NCBI GenBank assembly: GCA_964016885.1
Contig: OZ024745.1
Coordinates: 39,556,001-39,620,000, forward strand
DNA length: 64,000 nt
Direction of reading: 5' to 3'
DNA from: Eledone cirrhosa
Taxonomy: Eukaryota
Part shown: in pieces, positions 39,092-52,962 of the stretch
Numbering within the stretch: the stretch's first letter is position 1
How the letters are laid out: each line of letters opens with the position of its first letter
Translations under genes and position numbers: made by a program
The notes under the pieces: generated by a model
Told to the model about the DNA's origin: nothing
Database searches by the model: none
The model's input: the letters and a program-made list of their open reading frames with translations, nothing else

Positions 39092-39606
39092 AATAATAAT
39101 AAATTCGAAGACTAAAATCCAAAGAAGGCTCGATAAGGATAAATATATATCAAATATATAAGAACCGTAGAGCAAATATTTATTAAAATAACAGATTAAA
39201 GTTTAAGCAAAAAATCGCTGCTTTCACCCTTAACGGGATCTTCTGAAACTAAAAAAATCAATCTGTGAACGCAGAAGTAAATATATCAAAAACCGTTCAA
39301 ACCGAAGGAAGAGAGGAGCGCGATATTTTGGTTCGTGGAAACGTTCCCTGGCAAAGATCGGATAAAGACAAAGATAATACGTTATAATTTGGAGCGGTGA
39401 AAACAATTACACGAAAAGACAAAACCACGTTAATTGTAGAAATGAAGTCGTAGACTAATATTCTATTAGGTAGTTCGTGGAGACGGTCTCTGGCAATGAA
39501 CGGAAAAAACGAAGATAAATTGTCATTTGAGTTCACAGATTGATTTTTTTTAGTTTCAAAATATCCCGTTAAGGTTGAAAGCAGCGATTCTTTGCTTAAA
39601 CTTTAA
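39092..39606. mobile_element. Family I element with inverted arms (39092-39270 and 39530-39606); further copies 48532-48670, 58598-58798 (fold-back), 59005-59080
   Basis: Shared GAAGACTAAAATCCAAAGA.GGCTCGATAAGGATAAA...; degenerate core CAGAAGA-TCCC GTTAA GGGT-GAAA on the minus strand at ~39222-39245. Confidence 0.75.
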
Positions 39607-40222
39607 ATATACATCCGTGTGCGTGTGTGTATTTGTGTTTGTTCTTGTCTGCATGAGGATATTTACCCCAGAAGTGCGAAATATTAAGATATGCCCCGTT
39701 TCCACGTTGATTTCAATTATTGTAAGATGACCAATGTTTCCGAGCGATGTTATATAATTTAATCGTAGTTTTAGGTTACTACCAATAGACAACTAGATAC
39801 ATTCATGCTTTCCTTTGGTGATTAATCTTCATCCTGATCATAATGACTCCCTGTGACGTGTTTCATGCTCTAAACTTATAAAATAAGAATAGAATATGTA
39901 TATGTGACTGTACATATGTGCATACGGTTATGTTTATGCGTTTCTCTGAGAATCAGCTTATACATGTCTTTCTGAATAGATGAGTATAACAGTTTATGAG
40001 CGCGTCTATACTAAAGGGTTAAAAGCAGGTTCTCAAGAATTTAACGTTTCGAATGATTTATATGCAATAATATTATTGAATACCATCATGATGAATTTGA
40101 TTGTGTAGTGGAAAAGTTCTAAATCGTAAATCTGAACAACATTGAAATAAAATTGCTTTGTCCGCAGATATGCTAATATATATTAGGGGAAATTTGTTAT
40201 GAATAACTATATGTAACGGTAC

Positions 40223-40289
<67 letters not shown>

Positions 40290-40666
40290 ACTTGTTGAAG
40301 AAGTAAATCCTTTGTTCTGTGGTCAAAGACCCCTGCAAGCGGAATTTGTCGGTCTTGGATTTGCAGAAACCTAGCGCTGATGTTTTGTGCTGTATGTGAT
40401 GTATATCGTATGCTATACGATATGCATTATATGTTACATTCGTCTCACCGTTATGTCCAGGTCAGTCTAAAATCTTTTCCTGAGTCCAACCATTCTCGTT
40501 GCTGTGGTAATACGGCTGGACTGCTGATCGCTATATTTGATTTGCTAAGCTGTCTAAACGTATTGTTATTACTCTGGGGTACTATTCCAATTCGAGTGCT
40601 AAAGCTACATACCGAATTTGCATTCGTTAGCTTGGCCGCAAACTAAAGCTTCGTTAATGCTGTACT

Positions 40667-40728
<62 letters not shown>

Positions 40729-41446
40729 ATATATATATATATATATATATATTCCCTGTTATTTCTGTATTCTTACTTGCATAGTGCTTATTACTCTACT
40801 CTTAGTTTCTGTTATTAACTGCCTACTAGGAAATATTTTTTCACATTTGATATTGTTTTAGAAATTTCTATTATAACACATCAGAACTCCGTACAATGGA
40901 ACGTGAATTATGGCTGATTTAATCAAACACCACACTTGCCACACTCTGTTCCATGTGTTACAGCTGACGTGGCAGATTATTATTACATAATTATTGTAAA
41001 CGAAAAAAATTGTTTATCTTTGTTATGAAGTTATCAAGCATTAAGTAAATGAAAATATATGCATGCATTTTAGAGAACAAAAATGAATGAAATACTGGCG
41101 TGTCTCCAACCTAAACACTCAACAACAGAAACTGAGATAGAATGTAGGTGTGTATTAAACAATGTATACTTATATATGGCGATTTGAATGTGTGTGTCTA
41201 TAGCTTTATATATGTATAAACAAACACCAACACACACACAGACATATATACATATATATAGATGTATATACATATTATGTATTGTATATATATATATATA
41301 TATATATATAAATATACAAATATGAGAAATATATATAGATGTAAATATATATTATAAATAAATCTGTAACCAACCAAACAGTGAGTGTGTTCTGTTATTA
41401 ATTCTGGCAACATTATTACAACAATATGACCCTCCCCAAGTAAAAC

Positions 41447-41497
<51 letters not shown>

Positions 41498-41500
<3 letters not shown>

Positions 41501-41820
41501 ATCAAGGTTTAGCAAATAAGAAAAAGTTTCAAAATAAATTTTAAAAAATTAACTCTACTTACTATAGTTACCTTTACCGAATCGGTTTCGAATCTTAAAA
41601 ATAAACGGAGTCCATACGGCCTTCGTTGCAAAGAAAGATTCTCGTCAGAAGGATCTTCTAATTCGAAGAATATAAAATTCTCGAATTCAAATTACGAACT
41701 GGTGCTATTCAAAATTGTTTGAGATTGGAAACCGATTCGGTAAAGGTAACTATAGTAAGTAAAGTTAATTTTTTAAAATTTATTTTGAAACTTTTTCTTA
41801 TTTGCTAAACCTTGATTATA
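41498..41820. mobile_element. Family J fold-back element
   Basis: 41498-41596 is the reverse complement of ~41722-41820. Confidence 0.85.
41571..41652 (-). ncRNA. Type I hammerhead ribozyme with enlarged loop II
   Basis: Minus: CCTT-CTGACGA-GAATCTT (large loop) AAGATTC-GAAA-CCG ATT CGG-TA-AAGG; canonical core. Confidence 0.82.
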
Positions 41821-41922
41821 TATGTTCTGGCTCGTTAATTTATTAACCTGCCATTGAACCACATTGGCATTTGGTTGGACAATACATGTGTACCTTAGCG
41901 CCTTGTGCGTGTAGGAACACAT

Positions 41923-41957
<35 letters not shown>

Positions 41958-42100
41958 CGAGAGAGAAAGAGAGAGATGGGGGAGAGACTGAGAGAGAGAT
42001 CAGATTATACATATACTATGCTTATGTGCATAGACCTGCTTGTATGGATCGAGTAAAAAATATCGGAATTGAATTAAAAACATTATTTTAATATCATTTT

Positions 42101-42284
42101 AGGGCGGTGGATTGCCAGTATCGGTACAGGGTCGGACGCTATGCTTTGACGCATTGAGTTACGGCCATTCTGAGTTCAAATCCCGCCGAAGTTAACTTTG
42201 CCTTTCATTCTTACGGGGTCGATAAAATAAAGTACCAGTAATACACTGGGTAATTGCTGGCCTTGTGCCAAAAAAGTAGAAACA
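42101..42284 (+). mobile_element. Full-length tRNA-derived SINE with 19-bp TSD
   Basis: B-box GAGTTCAAATCC, core ACTTTGCCTTTCAT.CTTACGGGGTCGATAAAAT; TSD ATTATTTTAATATCATTTT at 42082-42100 and 42285-42303. Confidence 0.92.
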
Positions 42285-43710
42285 ATTATTTTAATATCAT
42301 TTTTTTTATTGAATACCATATGCCAGGTAAGATGCTTAAAATCTTGATTTTCATCGATCCTCTCCATAACCCTCCATCGCCGTTTGCCATTTATTATTTA
42401 CACACAATTAGTGGATTTATATTTTCTTTCAGTATTACAAAGCAGATGTCCATTAATTTACGATGGCATTGTTTAACCCGGCTACATTTCTGCGTACAAA
42501 TCTTCTTTACCGATCTATCCTCCTCCCTACCAGCATATATATCTCCCTACTCTTCGTTTCAATTATAGAGTATAGAAGGACATGAATATAGACATATATA
42601 TAGATAGAGAGAGTATGGAATATATAGATAGACATGGAAAGATAGATTAGAAAAAAATGTATTGGGAAGATCTCCCATAGTCAACATCGAATTGGTCAGT
42701 CATTTTTTCTATAGCCTGTATCACATTAGGAATGATACATAAGAAGTGTTTTACTTAAGATGTTGTCTGCTGAAGTTACGTTAATGGTTGCTGATGGAAG
42801 CATTGCTTAATCGTGACCCCACATGTATATACACTACGACAAAATGAAATTTAAAATGAATTATGAACATCTACATATGACATTCGATATTATTATTATT
42901 GTATATATATATATATATATACGGGGTAACAAATAATAGTTATATGCAGTCCACTTAGGTGCAGTCCAGTTATGGTATTCAGGGTAGTGGATGATATCAA
43001 CGCTTGGCTTGGTTTGACTCAATAAGGCGTTTTCATAGTGATGTTGCGAGTATGCTGTAATTCCTATGTTGTAAACACTTGCAGTAATAATAAATCAGGA
43101 AAGAAGATTGACATGGTTTGCTATACAAAAAAGGTTTTTAATCTCATTGCTGACTATTGTTTCTCTGAACTGGTAGGTCTAGAGATCGCTATTCGCTTGT
43201 TTTCACGTTACTCGATCGCCAATACAAAATTATAACCACTCAGTTCTTCGGAGCATGCGAGAATGAAGAGGATAAACAGGCATGAAAGGAATATACAGGC
43301 TACTATATGAAGAAGTAATGGCATTCAGTTAGAACAATAACAACAATTACAACAATGCTAGTAATAAATTATTTGAGGAGATCCTGACATTACATTAGGT
43401 GGGGGGTATAGTGTATCTAAGATTTCGGCGTGTAAAACTAGCTGACATGAAGCAGAATTATAATGTAAGGAGTGTCGTAGGGTGTATTATATCAATTTTA
43501 AAGATAAGCCGGTGTTTATCAACATTGTAGGTCAGGTGGCCGTAATGTTCAGTATTTATCTGACCGACGAAGTATTTATCATTGAGTAGAATTTGTGTGG
43601 TCTACATTAGATGAGAATACAGTCTTTCTTTTCATCTTCAATAACATACATGTATGGGACAACACTGTCAAAGCTAAATAATGGGCAAGTTAATACAGAG
43701 GTTAAGGAGG

Positions 43711-43755
<45 letters not shown>

Positions 43756-44112
43756 TATACACACATATATATATATATACACATGCACGTGTACATAGAC
43801 ACATACATACACATCAATATACACTCGTACAAATACATACATACATGCAAAGAGATAAACATGCTGACTGTAATTATGGCAAAAGGAAGGTAAAGTTACA
43901 TCTCCAGACCTGCCAGTTCAGAGAAACAATTGTCAGCAATGAGATTAAAAACCTTTTTTGTATAGCAAACCATGTCAAACTTCTTTCCTGATGTATTATA
44001 TATATATATATAATATATATGATCAAAGATTAATATGGTTCATTGATTACTCAATGAATATACTTTTACAATAGATTAAAAGCACTCTACAAAGAGTTTT
44101 TCTGGAGTTATT

Positions 44113-44362
44113 AATATTATTCAAAATATTAATAAAGGAAGACGTTCACATAATCAAAATATATGTTTTATTATATATATTTCGGAGGTACTGTGCTGTT
44201 TTTTCAGTACATCCTCATCAGTATGTCATACATCAATTAATGTATTTAATCTGATGAGGACGTACTGAAAAAAAACAGCACAGTACCTCCGAAATATATA
44301 TAATAAAACATATATTTTGATTAGGTGAACGTTTTCATTTATTAATATTTTGAATAATATAA
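44113..44362. mobile_element. Fold-back element with HHR core in both arms (plus copy 44240-44311)
   Basis: CTGATGA-GGA.GTACTG..CAGTAC.TCC-GAAA-TATATA-TA-ATAAAACAT; arms 44113-44221 and 44251-44360. Confidence 0.82.
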
Positions 44363-44437
44363 ATATATATATATATTTTGCCGTCGGGGTCCTGACCCTT
44401 TTCCTATATATATATGATTACATATATATATATATAT

Positions 44438-44594
44438 AACAAAGGAAATGTGGTAAGGAACCAGGTGACCCATAACGCACCAAAGTACTCAATACTCTGG
44501 GTAGTAGAGTGGGCAATAGGAACGAGTAGGACCCCGACGGCTGAGCTCAAGCCGTCGAAACGGCTTGAGCTCAGCCGTCGGGGTCCTACTCGTT

Positions 44595-44598
<4 letters not shown>
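44438..44598. mobile_element. Family F fold-back solo pseudo-LTR (extra fragment at 44380-44405)
   Basis: Inverts at AGCCGT-CGAA-ACGGCT; TA on both sides. Confidence 0.88.
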
Positions 44599-44658
<60 letters not shown>

Positions 44659-45207
44659 TATTTCCACCCTCTAATCTCAAGTGTGAACGTAATACCAACA
44701 CTGTTCGTAGTGCACTTTTGTTATTGTTTTGTTTTTGTTTGTTACTTATATATATATATATATTGTTATACTTTTGGAGGGTCATGTTGCAATAATAAAC
44801 ACACGCAGCAGTTGCATTCACTTGTGTGTTGACAACACACACTCAAACAAGATGGCGTTGCACAGAACAAAGGTGGGGCACAACAAAAGAAAAGTATCCC
44901 CAGTCATTGATGATGTCACATATTGTGTGACGAAAGAACTTTGACAATATATGAACAACTGTCCGGTTGTGGAACCAACCAACCCGACATTTATAAATTT
45001 TTAAATTTATAATTTATATAAAATTGAAGTGAATGCAACTGGTGCGTGTGTTTCTTATTGTCAACATGACCCTCCCAATGTATAACAATATCCGTTTCAA
45101 CACACGTTTGCAGATAAAGAATCTTGCTAAACAAATTCAGAAACGAAATATATATATATATATATATAGGGAGAGATAGATAGATAGATAGAGAGAGAGA
45201 AAGAGTG

Positions 45208-45294
<87 letters not shown>

Positions 45295-45461
45295 AGAGAG
45301 AGAGAGAGAGAGAGAGATAGTTTGAAGAAGACAGCAGATAGAAACAAACATCCAGACAGACAGAAAATCAGCTATATATAAAGAGTGATGGAATGTTATA
45401 GATATAGATATATAAATATAGATATATAATTAAATCGAGAGATAGGTAGAAAGATAGATAT

Positions 45462-46355
45462 CTTTCTTTATTTGGCACAGGGTCGTACACAAATGGGACA
45501 TTACAAGACGTGGCAGCGCGGGTTTTACATTAAAATCGTATAACTTTAACATTAATAAATAACAATAAACCATATACAATAAAGTAACAATTGAAAACGC
45601 CAATAGGGCAGAACGTTACTGCAGGGATGTTTTAAACCCCGTGGATAGAACAACCCTCAACACCAGGAACACGCTGTGTAGGTATTCCTGTCTTCCCTCT
45701 GTTTATCTTCCTCAACCTCCAGGTTTATATACAGAGAAAGCCCATTCACTCGGGCCATTTTCACCACATTCACCCACCTTTCAGCGAATTTACTGGGGTG
45801 TAACACCTCTCTCTCCACTCTCACCTTCCTTCTGAAGTGGTACGTCAAGAAGGGGATAAGTTGTTTTCCGGAGAGAAAGGTGTTTGTCCTCAATCCTTTT
45901 AACCTCGTCTACCATATTACCTCTTTCGCCATAGCCACAGAGACAGAGGAAAATCGCCTCTCCTTCATTCTTAAATGAAGGCGACAGGGTGATCCTCACG
46001 ATGGACTCGGCTGACAATTAGATGCGTGCCAGACATGACAGTAGCTGTTTGACATAATTTCACAGGTTGGTCACCGCTGGGCACTGAATACTTTCCTGCA
46101 GAACGGTTTCGATGTCCTGCGCGCATATTGGACAGATCCTCTTGGACAGATCCTTTTTGGCAGTATCTCTGCCAAGGCGTCCGTCCCTGTAGATTTTGTC
46201 TCGAACTGTTAGAGCTCCTCGGTAGCACTTCCAGGCCAGAGACCTCTGGAAGTTATACATAGGCCATGGACGGAAAGTCTTCCCGAACAGACTGGTCAGT
46301 TCGTCCACGATGCCTAGAGTTTCTCCGAGAACGTCATCGCACTTATCCTCCACTA
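45462..46355 (-). mobile_element. 3' fragment of an L1/Tx1-like LINE (ORF2 C-terminal zinc knuckle plus 3' UTR)
   Basis: AWKCYRGALTVRDK...CPICAQDIETVLQ..QCP resembles the zf-RVT region; AATAAA and A-rich tail at the 3' end; inserted in GATA-type microsatellite. Confidence 0.75.
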
Positions 46356-46422
46356 AAGATAGATATATAGATGGATTGATACTTAGATGTATAGATAGAT
46401 AGGTAGATAGATAGATAGATAT

Positions 46423-46458
<36 letters not shown>

Positions 46459-47051
46459 GTAAGTAGACAGATAGCTAGATAGATAATCAATGAAATATAA
46501 GATTGATCGTAATATATAGAGACATCTAGAGCAAAAGTGTTATATTTATTAAATCGTATGTCAGGAGCAGCACTATGCACTTCTTTTGTTCCCGAGTAAA
46601 ATATAAAAAGTCGTGAAGGTGTGATTGATTAAATGTTAAATCATACAGAAACGGCTTTTCAAACTATTCTGACGTGATTGCCATAAAAGTTTCCAAAAGT
46701 AACATGTGTTGCGAGGTAAACTGTAGCAGGAAACAATAGAATAGAAAGATTTAGCGTCAGCTAATTCTTGAACATGGCACATGAAATTATTTTCAAATGA
46801 TTTAGCATATAAGTTAACAAACACTATTAGCATGGTACACATAAGTTTCACATATATGTATATGTGTGAAGACATGCTGCACTGTGGTTAGGGATTTCGC
46901 CTCAACAGTCGCCTGCTCTGTCGAAATTATCGAGTGGAAGATTCATCGACAGAAGAGACGTGGAAGGGGATGGGGCAGCAATATCATCATATACATACAC
47001 AGACAGAGAGACAGACGCATACACACAAATACACACATAATCCCCCCCCCC

Positions 47052-47097
<46 letters not shown>

Positions 47098-48380
47098 TAA
47101 ACATTCATACACTTAACATGTATGTGCGACCATTGCGTTCGGTTTTCAGTTATGGCGACCTGTATATTGGAGTAGGCGGATTTTAAATTGGCAATTCATT
47201 CGACGAGTCGGCAGTTACGTGTATGAAACTATGGTTATACTAAATTAGCTCTCTTGCCACATATTGAGAATTGCTTTCCTTGATCTTTCTTTTACGGCTT
47301 TCTGCACACACACACACACACACACACATACACACACACACGCGCGCGCGCGCACGCACACGCACATATACATACACGCATATACACACACACAGACACA
47401 CACACAGACGCACACTCACTCACTCACACACACACTAACTCACACACATACATATATATCGAGAGTTAACCTAATATATCCCTTCCACATACTATACCGA
47501 TTGTGTTGTTATTGCTGTTTAACTTTTACATACATATATATATATATATATTTGCGCAAGCTGAGAGAAAATCGTAGACATAACAGGAACTGGATTTATT
47601 GGGCAAGAGAGATAACTTCATTCGTATTGTTATATCTTAATATAGATGTTTATATATTATGACAGCTCTGTAGAAACGAACAGGGACATTGCAGTTGAAA
47701 ATCATGTAGGTCGTAACCAATTAAGACTTGAGGTCAGATAGAGAAATTTAAAGAAGGACTACCAGAATTGGTGACAATCTATCACGAAGAACAACTGTTT
47801 ATCTACCAGTAACAACTGTCATTTGATCTTATTTATACAAGTGTCCCTTCTACTTGCACTTCTTAACTAACTATTTTCCTATCACTGTGAAATTCCATTC
47901 AACCAATGCCTCCTTTATTAGTGGCTATTCATAGAGAGTTCACGCACGTAATTTAGAAAAAGTATAATAAAAAAGGGGTTATTTAAAAAAAATAGGGTAA
48001 TATCTGAGGGAGGTAATTCTTGAGAGATCACACTCAATCCAGAATGGAAATTGAAGCACAATAATTTCTTCTAGTTGACTCCAGGGATCACATTTCACTG
48101 AAATACAATATAGACAGTAACTCGAAAAATACTTCTGGAATTGTAAGTCAGGCCTAAACCATTAATCCAAATTACCTGCCCTACGTGAACTCTCTTGTTA
48201 TATCCCCATAGGGAAAGCACACTCAACAATAGGCGGCTATCTTTGTTTTTCATTTTTCTCATGACAGGCTGAAGAAATTGTGGCCAACGTGTTATGTCAC
48301 TGTTGTAATTACTTATACTGAACTCGTCTTATGGATTGAGTGATCTTACTCTTGGATATTTGCGCTTAACCTTTACTTCA

Positions 48381-48468
<88 letters not shown>

Positions 48469-48494
48469 ATGTGTGTGTGTGGGGGGGGTATGTA

Positions 48495-48539
<45 letters not shown>

Positions 48540-49751
48540 ATGTGAAGACTAAAATCCAAAGAGGGCTCGATAAGGATAAATATATATCAAATATATAAGG
48601 AAGCTAGACCAAATATTTATTAAAATAACAGATTAAAGTTTAAGCAAATAATCGCTGCTTTCACCCTTAATTATATATATATTACCATGTAGCACACGCT
48701 TTATTTTACTCCTCCTGTTTTTTATCTTATAGATTTGCGTATATCTGTATTTCTGTTTTATTACCGTTCGAAGATTAATTGTGTAATTCATTTCAATAAT
48801 TATTTGGTCCTCATTTGTAGTAAACAAAGGGAATTGGGAATTGAATGTAGATATTTACCCATGCGTTTCCTATAAAGGAAATTTGCCCTATGGTATTTCT
48901 TTAAATATTCTACTGTAAATTTAACAGTTGAATATTCAGATATCTTGGGGATCTGTTTGTAAAACAAACATACATTATTTGTTTTTTTCCATATGTCAGA
49001 TGTTCACTTATGATGTTGGTGTTCTAATTCTTTAGTGTATGAAACAGCCTACTGCTAAATGTAACGTGAACATTATTGGGTAGTCCGCACATATGTGTGC
49101 CCTAAATGAATATTTCAGGGAAATTCAGCGTGATACTTCATATAACATTTTGAATCAAAGATACACCTGATTTGTTTTCTATGTGTGAAATAGGGATAGG
49201 TGTAATAAATTGTCTTGTCGAAACCACACTACCCTACGATTGCAACGCTCCATCCCATCAATTTCAATTCTCATCGTATTTTTGATTACTGCAATATCCA
49301 CTACTCTTAGACCTATGTGCACACTTGAGTACCGGAAGCAATTTTTTTACCTAGGAACAGAATATATTTATAAGAATTTATAACAGAATTGTGTTTAATT
49401 TTTTTTTTATTTTCATTTAAATAAAGAATATTCATTTATATATCATGTTATATAATATAGCTCTAGATCCGATTGTCTTTTCTTGTGCTTTCTTGCAAAT
49501 CTTGTCACACAAAATATGATTTTGATAGAACTACGAAATATCGATTCCTATTTTGTACTGGAAAACACATTTCCTTAAGTTATTTAACAAATTATATTTT
49601 AAATTCGTAATTTCGTGGTACAAATTGAACGTATTTCAGCAGGTTCCATCCCCCATTGAATGTTCTACTAGTTTGTATTAAAACGGTTGTCATATTTACG
49701 ATATTCATTTTGTCCATCTACTGACAGAAAAGAAGAGATACACAATCTTGA

Positions 49752-49816
<65 letters not shown>

Positions 49817-49823
49817 TATATAC

Positions 49824-49920
<97 letters not shown>

Positions 49921-49957
49921 TATATACATATATATATATACATATATATATATATAC

Positions 49958-50019
<62 letters not shown>

Positions 50020-50020
<1 letters not shown>

Positions 50021-50181
50021 ACGAAGGAAATGTGGTAAGGAACCAGGTGGACCATAACGCACCAAAGTACTCAATACTTGAGGTAGTAGAGTGGGTAATA
50101 GGAACCAGTAAGACCCCGACAGCTGAGCTCAAGCCGTTTCGACGAAACGGCTTGAGCTCAGCTGTCGGGGTCTTACTGGTT

Positions 50182-50185
<4 letters not shown>
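50020..50185. mobile_element. Family F fold-back solo pseudo-LTR
   Basis: Inverts at GTTTCG-A-CGAAAC (50142); TA on both sides. Confidence 0.9.
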
Positions 50186-50239
<54 letters not shown>

Positions 50240-51696
50240 GAGAGAGAGGGAGAGAGAGAGAAAATGTGTATATATATATAATATTTAGAAATATAAGGAA
50301 AACACTAAAAAGGACAGATCCCTTATTCAGTTGTCTGTTGTGGGTCTCGGACGTTTCGACGCATCAAAGAGAGTTCGTCAGTAACAGTGAAGGTATTCGG
50401 AAAAGGAAAGACGAGGAGACGATGGAGGAGAGAAAGAAAATAAATAAACAGAAGAAAAAAAGGAGAAAAAACACAGTCAAAATCCCGATAGAGAGCGGGA
50501 AACACGAGGAATATCACATGCATGTAGCAGTAACCAAACGCAGAGAGGGGGAAGAAGGTAAACCGGCGGGCGTGCATAAGCCCTGGGACCTATTAATAGC
50601 AAGATGGAGAGCGAAAATAAATACGTCTGTTCGTGGCGAGATCAGGCGTAAAAACGGAGAGGCGAAGGAAATCGGATGTAGTGTAAGAAGCAGAGAGAAA
50701 GAGGATAAGTGAGTGCGTGTGAGAAAGAGAGATTACGTGAGTGGGTGAGAGGGAGAAAGAGAGAGAGAGGAAGGAAGACAGAAAGAGGGGAAGAAAAGGA
50801 AGGTGCAAATCGTAGAAACAAAAATTGAAGAATGCATAAATACGAGCAGCAGTAGAACGAAGTAATATATATGACAGTTGGCAAATATAGGATTCGTGCG
50901 TGTTGTTGGTAACAGTAAATTATATGTCATATGAAAAGGAGATCAACCACGAAAACATTGAAGTACATTTAGAGAAAATATTAGTATTCCCGGTTCGTCG
51001 ATAAGAGACATAATAATCTCGGTTTTCCTTGAACGATAGAACTCTGAAAAACAATGGAAACCGTGTATTTGTCTATGCATGAAAAGCAAACATACAAATT
51101 GGTGGAAGACAGCAAAAAAGATCAAAGCAATCGAACAAATTGACCCATTTCAGCTGATGTTGTATCATGACAGAAACAAACTAACGAAAGTCTTAGGTAA
51201 GAGATATACAAGAGTGTTAGATGGAAATTTATATTGAATCATGATAAACATATCACTCTCACTTCTTCCAAACACTTATTGAAAATCATCTGTAGTAAGA
51301 TGTTGTATATTTCCTCTATTACAAATTGATTAAGCAATAAAGCATATGGAAGATTTGAATGCCATACGTTTCAGCATAAGGGCGCTTAGGAATCATGTCT
51401 CTTAAGTACATTGAAGTGCGAAGCTTCTGATCCTTGAGTCACTGATATCACTTCAACTCTCATAATATTTTTTTTTTATATATCCCACTATACATGTATT
51501 CAATGTGTTGTTCTCCCACTTCCACTCACAATAACCCGAAGGCGCACAGGTTCAGAAACGATATTCACACGAAGTTATATAGGATGGTAATGTCCAGTTA
51601 CTGTAGGTTCACCTAGAGTGAGCACTTGATGCGTAGTTTCCAGTAAGTATAGCTGTAGTACTAAGCAGGGTGTAATAATAATTGCGTTTATTGAGT

Positions 51697-51780
51697 AGTA
51701 ACGTGCGTTTCGCTAGTGATCAGCTGAAGGTTCGATATGTATCGATCTAGGCCGAATATAAAACAAAAGCTCGTCGGACC
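51697..51780 (-). ncRNA. Candidate hammerhead variant
   Basis: Minus: GGT-CCGACGA-GCT..AGC-GAAA-CG CA CG-TT-ACT, next to (TA)n; stems are short. Confidence 0.4.
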
Positions 51781-51793
51781 TCTGTGTGGTAAT

Positions 51794-51855
<62 letters not shown>

Positions 51856-51867
51856 TGTATATGTAAA

Positions 51868-51918
<51 letters not shown>

Positions 51919-51929
51919 GTATATGTAAA

Positions 51930-51991
<62 letters not shown>

Positions 51992-52001
51992 CATGGATAG
52001 G

Positions 52002-52036
<35 letters not shown>

Positions 52037-52038
<2 letters not shown>

Positions 52039-52868
52039 TATTTTCCGTTGTGTTGTAATATAAATATTACACACAGTAGATTATCAGCTCACGTAGAGTT
52101 TGCTCGACGGTTTCAGTTGTAGTTCCAAAAGTAATCCGGAGAAAAATAGAAAGATTTGAATGGATACAGTTTAGTTGAAAGGAATTTATTGACACGTGTT
52201 TCTATAACAGTTACATAACCTAAAACAGCTGCTATCTACAAACTTTTAGTTATGCAGACATTCAATATTTCAATGTTATTATTTACTGTCATTTCATCAG
52301 AATAATATTACTGAGGACCTATTTAGTTTTTATAGAGAATATTAGGAGGAAGGGGTGAAGTTGTTAGAAGAATAGTTGAAGGAGTGGTTTTTCGATAGCA
52401 GTGAGAATTCTTGGTGGCAGTGAGTAATTAGATTCCCATCTGTTGTTTTGACATTTTTTATAGAATATATTATTGGTTATTTTTCTAAATCTATAGAAGG
52501 ATTAGAGATAGTAAAGATATGCGTGGTTGGTTTTGTGTTTGCACTTAATTAACATTCAGACTTAAATTTTTCTTTCAAGTGTACGTATCCTTTCACCCAC
52601 GCATTCACACACTAATATTTTTGCACACCTCTACAAAATACGTATACTCACAATTCACATATTCATACTTACATATATATACACATGCATACACATATAT
52701 ATACACACATGTATTCATGTACATACATACGCGCTCATGTGTATACATTTTCATACTCAACTTATCTTTATATACACACGTATAGACACACACATATATA
52801 CATACATACTCTAGTCCATGTGTACACACATACACATACATACACATCCATATACACATATATACATA

Positions 52869-52902
<34 letters not shown>

Positions 52903-52917
52903 TACACATATATATAC

Positions 52918-52962
<45 letters not shown>

